Origin: a virus
Taxonomy: Duplodnaviria > Caudoviricetes
Length of the DNA stretch: 64,000 nucleotides
Virus record (IMG/VR): IMGVR_UViG_3300035502_001274
Span: 32,001 to 96,000 of that record
Direction: 5' to 3' (one strand)
The notes under the pieces were generated by a model. It was not told the origin of the DNA. It saw only the letters and a program-made list of their open reading frames with translations, and did not search any database. Shown here piece by piece: positions 8,477 to 18,100 of this stretch. The translations under genes and the position numbers were made by a program. Every line of letters begins with the position of its first letter. Position 1 is the first letter of the stretch.

Positions 8477-9151
8477 TCATTTCCGATCTTGCTCATCTTT
8501 CTCGTTGCCGTAAGGTGGCTCTTCATTCTTGAATTCTTTATCGTACCACTTAGAGGCTTTGACGCGCTTTTCGTTCTTCTTGCTGTCAAAACCAGTCTGA
8601 TATCGGATCTTGATCTCAATGCGAGGTTTCAGGGAGTAGAACTTCTCTAAGCTCGCAAAGGTCACTAGGTTATCATTCAAGAGAAGATGACCCTGAATCA
8701 TATCGAGATAGGTTTTCATCAGGTTATCCACATCGCAGGACCCGATGGGCCAGATCTGCTTCTGCTCCGCTGCATAAATTTCAGCGTTGGAGAATTGCGA
8801 TGTAGGTGTCGGTAGATACGCTTCAATCTTGATTTCACACCTTGTATAGACAACGTATCGTTCCAAGTAATGTTTAATGAGTTTACGATTCTCGGCGGCT
8901 CCCTTCACATAGAAGTGGGTTCCGTCCGATCGTGGTCTAGGAGCAGGTTTGGGCACCAGATAGAGCACAAACTCGACTGTGTTCCATTGGATCTGGTCAA
9001 TACGCTCCATGACCTTGTCAAATGACTTTTGTGAAAAGGGATACTTATCTCTGATGTAAGAGAGGAGGCCCTCCGTATCCGATGGAAGGCCTCCATACTT
9101 GAGATTGTATTCCTCTTCTTGAGTGGATAAGCGATTCTTTGGCTTAGCCAT
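8477..9151 (-). CDS. rusA: RusA-like Holliday junction resolvase
   Basis: PKPAPRPR N-terminal motif and DVDNLMKTYLD...NDNLV catalytic motif (DxDN..K...D). ATG at 9151 with AAGGAG SD. Confidence 0.8.
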   Translation of the reverse strand: MAKPKNRLSTQEEEYNLKYGGLPSDTEGLLSYIRDKYPFSQKSFDKVMERIDQIQWNTVEFVLYLVPKPAPRPRSDGTHFYVKGAAENRKLIKHYLERYVVYTRCEIKIEAYLPTPTSQFSNAEIYAAEQKQIWPIGSCDVDNLMKTYLDMIQGHLLLNDNLVTFASLEKFYSLKPRIEIKIRYQTGFDSKKNEKRVKASKWYDKEFKNEEPPYGNEKDEQDRK

Positions 9152-9181
9152 CGGAATCACTCCTTATCAAGTTAGAGTTAG

Positions 9182-9844
9182 TTAGCGAATGTAGCCAGCG
9201 CCAGGCGGGATCATACCAGGATTACGAGGTGCGCCAGGCATACCTGCCAGCATCTGCGGAGACATGACCTGACGGGTCAGTTGCTCCACAACCATCCAGC
9301 ACTGGTCCAGGGACTGTGCGTTCAGGGTTTCCATGATCATATGAGGCATGGGATCGTTGAATAACTCCAGAAGAGCTGCCTCGTATCCATTGCCCTCCAG
9401 GAGCTGAGCGCACTGGCTGTTGTATCCCGGATTGTCTGAGAAACGCTTCATGTAGCGGCTCTTCAAGAGCGGATCCGGCCGATAATGAGGAATTTGATTA
9501 GCCATTGAAGGCGGGAATTCGGGCGCAATCACCAGATAGAAGAGGCCGGCTTCCCGAAGCCCTGCCCGGACAACACTGTCGATGGTTACAAAGACGCAGC
9601 TGTTCTCACGGGCCTTTTCTTTACCCTCCTCTACGCAAGCCACTACCCGGCGAACATATTCGCCAGGGTCTGCAACATCAATGCCGTTGGTAGTTCCAAA
9701 GTCACGGACGTCCAGGTCGTAGCAGCAGGCACCAATTCGCACTTCACGCAGTTTCTTGGCAGTGGTGGTCTTGCCGATCCCCGGGAAGCCAGCTACTACC
9801 AGACAGTCGATGTGAGCGGTCACACCGCCTAATTCTTTAGGCAT
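9182..9844 (-). CDS. P-loop NTPase / nucleotide-kinase-like protein
   Basis: Walker A VVAGFPGIGKTT. Start taken at ATG 9844 (SD GAAAGGA). Confidence 0.6.
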   Translation of the reverse strand: MPKELGGVTAHIDCLVVAGFPGIGKTTTAKKLREVRIGACCYDLDVRDFGTTNGIDVADPGEYVRRVVACVEEGKEKARENSCVFVTIDSVVRAGLREAGLFYLVIAPEFPPSMANQIPHYRPDPLLKSRYMKRFSDNPGYNSQCAQLLEGNGYEAALLELFNDPMPHMIMETLNAQSLDQCWMVVEQLTRQVMSPQMLAGMPGAPRNPGMIPPGAGYIR

Positions 9845-9892
9845 TCTGAAATCAGTCCTTTCCGATACTTTTGAAGGTTGGTTATGCAAGAG

Positions 9893-12061
9893 TTAATAAT
9901 TGAAGAGTTTACGCAGCCAATTGGCGACAGCACTGGAATAGAACCCGCGCAGCATGGACGGAATGGTGTCCGTGATGGCGTTCACACCCAAACTCTCGAT
10001 GATATCCTTCTTCAGTTCAAGCTGGTTGCCTTCAAAAGAGATACCGCACATAGCACCAAGATACTCATGAAGAGCAGTGTTGCTCAAGAAGAGAATGGGA
10101 TGCCGAGAGTTGGTAACCATTAGTTTGGAATACAGAGGCGTGACGTCGAAGCTGACATCAACTTCAAAGGGCAAGCCATCGGCCGTCCAGCATGTACCAT
10201 CTTGGCCGCCTCTCTGAATACGCATGCCGGTGATGGCAGCCAGGTCACAGTGATACAGGCCTTTGGCGTTCACTTTGGCCAAGAACGGATAACGATACAT
10301 GTTATCACTCAGCATCTGAGGCAGAGAATATGGTAGGAGATAGCACAGAGGCAGATAGCAGTTCAGAAAGATTGCCTCAGGATCACCCGATGCCGAAATG
10401 AATCGGCACGTACCAGAATAGCTTCTATCATAGGTACAGTCATCCAGCATCTGCGGGAAGACCAGACGACCACCCTGTAGATAGTTGCCGCCATAACGTA
10501 CGATGTTTGCCACCGTGGTACTCATACTGTCGGCAACGCCCGACAGAGAGTTGGTGGCATCTTCGATAGCTTGCTGGAAGGTACTGCCTGTGCCGGTATC
10601 GCCACCAGCCAGAAATTGGATCTCCTGGGCCAACTCAGAGAAGTTATTATTGAAAAGTGATTCCAAGCCAGATTGCTTGGTACTCACACTCAGATTCTCG
10701 TTGACACTGGTGCCATCAGCCGTCATATAGAAGTGCAGATAGGTATCATCGTTAATGACCGATGAAAAGACGCTTGAAACACCATGCACAGCGCTTTCGG
10801 CCACGGCACCAAAGAGACCATTGGATGAAGCCGCCGTACCAGTCTGGATTTTATACCAAGAATAGTCCATATCACGATACTTGGTACTGGTATTCATGTA
10901 TGTCTTATCACCAATACCAAGATAGATGGCCATTGTCCGTGCCAGAAGGTTGACGGTGTTGATATAGGTTGCGTAATCAGGTTGAGCCTCGAAGAGCTGG
11001 CCCGTCAAACCCAGATCCGTGCCGTCCTTCAGAGCACTGTCGTCACCCAAGCTGATGTCACTTACAAGACCCCAGAATGTATTTTGGTCATCGTCGCTCA
11101 TGCCTGGAAGATATTTCACCTTACAGGGCTGAATCGAGAAGACCGTGTTACCCATCATAAACATCTCGGTGTAGCAACGACCGAAATTATTATCGGGGTA
11201 AATACCTCGCTCGCTTGTCATATATGGAATATCAGCCGTGGGTGTAATTTTAGGCGGAATTCCGATAACGTACTGCATCTTATTCAAAGCTTCGAGTGAT
11301 TCCGATTCCGCTTCGGTGACAGTATATGCCGCTTCTTTTAATACCAGTTGAACGGCATCCATGTCAGCATAGGTGTCATTGGAAGCATCCGTCACTGATG
11401 TACTGGTAAGATTGCCAGTGGTGTAGTTGTAGAGCTGACTATTGGTCGTAGAGCCAGTGGTCGTATCGACACTATCGGTAGTACTGGGCAGCTTATCGAT
11501 AATGGCAGCATTTCTCGTACCATTCGTTGAATAAAGAACCCAGTTAGAGCAGCTAGAATTGATCGCATACCACAGATTGCCGCCGTTATCTTTCCATGTG
11601 CCATATACTGAGAAGGGAGTATATGTAGACATGGTCTTCACAGTGGAATAGACGGTACCAGGGCCACTATAGACAGTCAAGGTACGACTGGCTGCAACGT
11701 ATTTGGTGACAGGAGTTGAAAGCAGATAGATATTGGAGATCGTCAAAGTATCACCAGCAATAGTTTTGCAGGTGACGGTGCCTCTCTTATCACTAGAGTC
11801 ACTTACTTCGATCATATTGGTCATCAGCACTAATTTGCCAGTGGCCGATTCCGTTCCACCCGTCACGTTCTTGGTATAGCTGACGGCGGGACTGCTCGCA
11901 ATCATGCCATACCAAGTATTGATTATGGCAAAGATCTTGGAAAATTTAATCACAGTGCCAGCTGCAATGGTGCCACAGCTCTTATATTCAATAAGAGAGT
12001 CGGTATATGCAGTGGTCGCTGTGGTAGTCTTATATTTTGAATCGACATTATAGGTTGCCAT
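9893..12061 (-). CDS. Tail/baseplate-associated virion protein with an SH3b-like cell-wall-binding domain
   Basis: 722 aa, downstream of the large tail lysin, with a late promoter. LTVYSGPG...WYAI...WV is an SH3b-like segment. Confidence 0.55.
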   Translation of the reverse strand: MATYNVDSKYKTTTATTAYTDSLIEYKSCGTIAAGTVIKFSKIFAIINTWYGMIASSPAVSYTKNVTGGTESATGKLVLMTNMIEVSDSSDKRGTVTCKTIAGDTLTISNIYLLSTPVTKYVAASRTLTVYSGPGTVYSTVKTMSTYTPFSVYGTWKDNGGNLWYAINSSCSNWVLYSTNGTRNAAIIDKLPSTTDSVDTTTGSTTNSQLYNYTTGNLTSTSVTDASNDTYADMDAVQLVLKEAAYTVTEAESESLEALNKMQYVIGIPPKITPTADIPYMTSERGIYPDNNFGRCYTEMFMMGNTVFSIQPCKVKYLPGMSDDDQNTFWGLVSDISLGDDSALKDGTDLGLTGQLFEAQPDYATYINTVNLLARTMAIYLGIGDKTYMNTSTKYRDMDYSWYKIQTGTAASSNGLFGAVAESAVHGVSSVFSSVINDDTYLHFYMTADGTSVNENLSVSTKQSGLESLFNNNFSELAQEIQFLAGGDTGTGSTFQQAIEDATNSLSGVADSMSTTVANIVRYGGNYLQGGRLVFPQMLDDCTYDRSYSGTCRFISASGDPEAIFLNCYLPLCYLLPYSLPQMLSDNMYRYPFLAKVNAKGLYHCDLAAITGMRIQRGGQDGTCWTADGLPFEVDVSFDVTPLYSKLMVTNSRHPILFLSNTALHEYLGAMCGISFEGNQLELKKDIIESLGVNAITDTIPSMLRGFYSSAVANWLRKLFNY

Positions 12062-12084
12062 AAGTTGGAGTCACCTCCTGATTT

Positions 12085-12096
12085 TATTGGGATGTT
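12085..12096 (-). promoter_or_regulatory. Putative late promoter AACA-N6-TA
   Basis: Minus strand AACAtcccaaTA. Confidence 0.65.
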
Positions 12097-12106
12097 AAAG
12101 GGCCAC

Positions 12107-12151
12107 AAAAGGCAGGAAGTTACGGTGTTTAAGCCGTAACTTCCTGCTTTT
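12107..12151 (-). terminator. Intrinsic terminator
   Basis: GCAGGAAGTTACGG / CCGTAACTTCCTGC 14-bp stem with A/T tails. Confidence 0.8.
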
Positions 12152-12155
12152 AAGC

Positions 12156-15100
12156 TCAGGCGTGCTGTGCTGACGCTACCTTACGATGCTGGGTTCTGAG
12201 GTACTGGCTAGCAGCATCCTTTTCGCCCAGTCGTCTGGTCTGTGTCTGATTGACCACCACGGTCGGTTGGACTTTGGTGGTATCGCCTTCGCCATAATTG
12301 ACATTGACTGAGGTTGTAGCGGGAGCAGTCTTGGTAGCATTATTGACGATGGTTCTCATCATGCCAATAATGGTGTCCAATCTGGTTTCCACGCCACGAT
12401 TGCTTGTGATGGTAGCCACTTCAGTGCCGTCGCCATAGTAAGTCGGCATAGTAGTATCATGGCTGCGCTGGCCAGTAGAGCTCACGCACATGCCATCTCC
12501 AAAGCCGACGGCTCCTTCTCCATTTCCAACGGAGCTGGAGTTCATGAAGCCTTTATAACGACGGACTTTCATGGTGTGTTTCTTACGATAGTCATTCAGG
12601 TCTTTGTAGGTGGGACCCATGGGAGGCGTACCACCATGGCTCAGATCCTGATTATCGCCAGCATACATCTCTGTGTGCTTCATGGTGTTGTTATTGGACG
12701 TTCTATCCCAGTTCTGATACAGAATATCACCCGGCTGCAGGATGGACGTGTCCAAGGTATTGCTGCCGTTATTGGTCCAGATCGTCTCAAATCGACTGTC
12801 TTGTGCCTGCGAAGTAGAACTTGCAGACATGTTATTGACACCCAGAGCCTTCTTGTAGGCCCAGCCAACCGTAGATGCACAAGACGCGACACCCTGATCG
12901 GGATCCTGCACCTCTGTGGTTGAATATCGCAGTTTACCCAACTTACTGGCCATCATGTCGACGACACCGGTCTGATTGGGACTTACAGTGGTGCTTGCAG
13001 AATAGCTACTGCCACTACTTTCGGTATCAGCAGTAGTATCGTCTGCAGACGATGTAGAGTTATAGGTCAAGCCCAAGCTGCTATACAGCGAACTCAAGCC
13101 AGTGGTAAATGCATTGCCAAGGTTATCCATGATACCGTAGCCAATGCCATTGCCTGTGGATGGAGCTTTATCAGTAATTGCATTATTCCGTCTACTGGTG
13201 GTTCCGCTTCTGTAGAGAACCCACTTGGTAGCGGTACTATCGATGGCTGCCCATGTATTGCCATCACTGCCCTTATAAGTCGCATAGATCTTGATGGCAG
13301 ATCCAGATTTGAGGTTCTCCTTCACTGTCGAATTGGCATTGGGCCCTGAATACACCTTCAGGGTCTTACCATCAGCGATGTACTTGGTCTGTGTAGTGGA
13401 GCTTACTGCGGCTCCGGGGTATTTGGACTTAATGCCGGCACTGATTGCATCAGAACGGCTCACGCCTCCACTGACGGTGCCTCCTGAAGTGTAAGCAATT
13501 GTGCCATCCGCACGGACAGCATCCACGCTATTATCCAGGGTTGCGTCATTGGCGAATCTATTGTAATAATCACGGGCTGCCAATTTACGCTTGTTATACT
13601 CATCGGGATACTTATTGGCATAGCCACTAAACATCTCGTAGTTGTCCAGGGCCAACTTAGTCGTCGCGTCAACACTATCTTCACCAGCATTCACTTTGGA
13701 GACAATGTTACTGTCTTCAATTTCTGTACTTGCATATTTCAGCTGCGTAGTTAAATCAGTCCAGTTCAGACCGTTCTTCTTCGCATACTGGAAGAGGGAG
13801 TATCCGCGAGGGCCAGTCCACTGAGCCAAGCCAAAGCCAGGATAGTAGTGACCATCGCTGCCCTTATATGCATCTTTATTGATGGAGATATTGGAGCGTT
13901 CATATGCAGGAAAGAGTACGTTGGTGGTATAATCGTCCAACGCAGAAGAACTATTCACCACTTGATAGCCGGGGAAGGATTTCAGGTAATAGCCCTCAAT
14001 ACAATCCGGCTTATTAGCGGACTCTGCTTGCCAGCAACCCATCATACCGGCAGCGCCTTCCTTGGTAAATCCAAGGGAGCGTAAATACCGCCAGATGGTT
14101 TTCTGCTGTTGCGCTCTTTCTTCAGTGGTATAGGTAGAACCTGCCGAGCTGCTGTATTCATCAGAGGCGTCTGCCGACGTAGACTCATCAGAGAGGCCCA
14201 GCATATTGCTGATACCACTGGTAACGGCCGATGCAATCGAAGAGAATGCACTGCCAAAGATGCTATCGATTAGGCCATAGCCGGCAGCGTCTTTGCGGCC
14301 AACCGACCAGCCATTGGTCATATTCTTCTGGAGATCGGAAACTTTGTACTTGGAGGTTCCCCGCATGGGGTCTTCTACAATGGCATTGCCCGCAGAATCC
14401 ATGCCAGTCAAAGTCACAATGTGACCAGCCTTGGTATAGGGAGTGGGGCCATAACCCTGGGATTTACCAGCCAAGATAACCGGATTTCCGTTTTTGAGGC
14501 TACTTACAATGTCAGCGGACGTTCCAACCTTGGAGGTTGTCATGCCCAGCTGAGAAGCTCCCTGATCGAAGAGTGCTTCAGAAGCGCCTCCCTGTGTAAT
14601 ATATCCATTGCCCGCTGCAAACTGTCCCACTGAAGCAGGAGAGAAGCCTAAGCCCATTGCCTGGGCAGCATTGGCCAGCGCGGTAGGACCGCATCCACCA
14701 GTGCCCATGGTACTCGTCTTACCATTGGGGAATTTGCCGATAGGCATATTTGCCCATCTCGGGTCATTTTGCATGCCAGCGCCATATCCGACGGCTCCTG
14801 TGCCATATCCAGCAGTATTGCCGGTCGTGGTGTCGCCAACGGAGACTTCATACTGGCTATAATCTGTCGTATCGCCCTTGCCAAACAGGTTCTTGAACCG
14901 GTTCCAAAGGCTACTCCGAGAGTTCTTGAGGTTATTATAAGCATCTACCGACAACGAAGTGCCGTTCGCTGCATTATAATTCTCGACCTCTTTGCTCATT
15001 GCACTGAGTGCAGTATCGAGCTTTGCATCATCGTCATCGTCGGCCAGAACCTTGTAAATGATGCATGCAATCGATTGGATGAAATCGATGCCCATCACTT

Positions 15101-18100
15101 CAGTGACGATTTCGGACAGAATCTGAATCACTGCGCCCCATCCAGTAAAGGCTGCAATACCTTGCCAAATGGCTGCGATGGTTCTCATCTTGCCATCGAC
15201 ATATTTCTTGTCGATCTTGAAGATCTTCTCAGGATACAGTAAGCCGTCGATAGCAGATGCTGCAGCAACGACTGCATTGATAACAGCCAACGGTGTCGCC
15301 AAGCTTGCTGTGGTAATGCCAGCGACGCCGCATGCAGCTGACAGCTTCTCAAGCATGCCCTGCACGAGATTATTGGCTTTGGTAGCGATGCCTTTACAAA
15401 GGTCATCAATAAACGTGCCAATCTTACCAATAACTTTTCCAGCTGTGGTTGTACCAAGCTTGGAACCAATCATGGTATTCAAGGCTCCTTTGATTGCCGT
15501 CAGCGCTTTGGTGATGATTGAAGTTTTGCCAGTAGCGGATGCTGCAACAGCAGCAGCTCCTTCAGCAGCAGCTGAAGCCACTTTGCCAGACTTGGTGGCG
15601 ATAGCAGCAGCCTGCGCTGCATAGGACGCACTCGCCGAGAGTGCTTTCTTGGCCACTGTAGATGTTGATTTACGTGCAGCTACCAGTCCACCCTTCACAA
15701 GAGCGGATTTTAGATCAGTATTGGAGACCGTTTTGGTAGCATTACCTTCCTCATCGGTTTCAAGTGCTCTAGAGTTGTTAACACCGCCAGTGCCATCGTT
15801 GCCGAGGCATTCGGCAAGAACTCCGCCAATGGCGTCTTTTGCTAAAGTAAAGCCATCGCTGATCAACTGGCCAACCGCCGAACGAATCTCGTCATTCTGA
15901 AGGACCATGCCCAGCGCTGCAACTCCTGCGGTAACCACGCCAGCTGTTTTCAGGATGCTAGTGAAACTATCAGCGTCATCGACTTCATCTTCGGCATTCT
16001 CAATATCGGATTCCTTATCGGACTTATCGTCCTCCTTTTCATCCTCATCATGAGCGTTGCCTGAAGTATTACCGGTGACTTTCTTGTGTTCTTCTTTCTT
16101 CTCGTTGTCTTTGCCAATACGGGCATTGACCTCAGCTTGGGCTTCAGCGGCGGCTTTTGCGTTGCTTTCCTGCACCTTCTTAGCCTTCTCTGAGTCAATC
16201 TTGTCGGCTACATCGTCATTGGCACCGAGCTCATCGGTGTCAAAGACATCACCAGTCTGCGCATCAAGCTGAGCCTTATTCAAGCCCACCAAGTTTTGCA
16301 GATGTGCGACGGCTGTCTGGCAAAGATCTCGAATGCTAATGATTGCTTGTCCTTCAGCGGTCTTAGGAGCTTCAGCGCCCTCGGGATTCTCCCGACGGTT
16401 CTTCCACTCATCGTAATGATAGGTAAACTGCCGAAGATCTTCCTGGGTGTTGATGTCGATGCCATGCTTCTTCAGCTCTTTGGTACGAGCCTTGAATTCC
16501 TTATCGCTGAGGACCTTATCAGAGACGTTATTATCCGTCTTGGCCCATCTACGGCGCAGATTGCTGAGCTTACGCTCTTCTTTACCTGCAGCTCTAGCAG
16601 CCTTACGGTTTTTCTTGTAGTTTTTCTTGTCACGTCTGGCTCCAAGCCAGTCAATTGCATTGCGCTTGCCTTCCGTGGTTTCATTGTAAATATCAGCCAT
16701 GTCGGCAGCCAAATCGCTGCTCTGGAAAAACTGACCAATGACAGGAAGAGATGCCAGATTATACTGGAAACGATCCAGAAGCTTATTGGTATCTTCACCA
16801 GCAGCTTCTTTCTTCTCCCAGTAGTCCTGCAAGTTGGCTTCCTTATTATCACGGAGGAAACTATTGAAGAGCTTTTGGCCCTTCTTACGAGTGGGCTTCA
16901 GCAGTGTTGCCAGCAGCTGGAGGGGAGCACCAACGATGGAAGCTCCTGCGAATAGGCCGCCTTTCAGCAATCCACCCGCTGCTTTTCCGAGAGGCCGCAA
17001 AATCCATTTCATGAAGACATTGCCAATTGGCTTGAGAATGCCCTCAATGGTATTCTGGACTTTTTCGCCCACCTTCTCGATAGCACCCTTAGCAGTATCT
17101 GCCATGGCGCCGCCGAGGTTTTGGAAAGCATCAATAACTGGACCAAATGCCAGTCTGAATGGAATTTCAATCTTCTCTTTGGCCCACCACATGAATTCTT
17201 CAGCAGTGGATTGGAACCAGATACTGGCAGGCTCGATAAAGTTCAGCTTCAACATGGTTCCAATTCTGGAGAAGAGACCATCTTTCGTTCGCTTGCCCTT
17301 ATCGTCCTTCGTGCCATAGAGATAATCGTTGAACTTGTCAGAAGCACCAGCAATACCCACGGCTGCGCCAGCGATGGCAGCACCGATAGGTCCACCAAAG
17401 GAGAATGCCGAGCCAAGAAGGCCCATCTGAGACAGGCCAGCAGCGCCAATGGCGCCAAAAGCACTGCCCTTCAGAGTATTCAGAATCTTTCCTACGAAAG
17501 ATCCTTTCTTCTTACCTCCGCCTTGAGCCTGGCCAGCTTTGATTTTACCAGTGAGCTTATTGTAAGCATTGCTGAGAAGCGTTCCAGTCCGAGAACCGTC
17601 ATCGTTCTTCTTGCCAAAGAGGATATCCTGGACTTTCTCGTTGCGCAGTGCAAATGCACCAGCGGCACCAACGATGGCAGCACCAAGAACGCCTCCGGGA
17701 AGAACCATGCTAGGCAAGAAACCAATGGCCTTTGCCATGCCAGTCCCGCTGAATCCTGTGGCAGTACTCAGCGCTTTGAGCATGACGCCACCAGCAGCTC
17801 CAAGCCCCAACGTGGGAATCAACTTCTTGAAGCTATCTCGAGTGCTCTTAGAGATCAAACCGCCTTCACGCTCGCCGGCTTCATTCTTCTTGCCGAAGAG
17901 CATGCTTTGGAATCCTTCCGACTCGGTTAGAATGGAGACAGCCATGCCAGCGATGGCACCACCAACGGGGCCTCCAGGTAGGAACATGGAACCCAGCAGT
18001 CCAAGATGACCACCAGCAGCCATGCCAACGCCGGCGCCAATGACACCTCCAGTGAGGATCTTGGGTGCCTTCTTACGAAGGAAAGCATTGAGTTGCTGCA

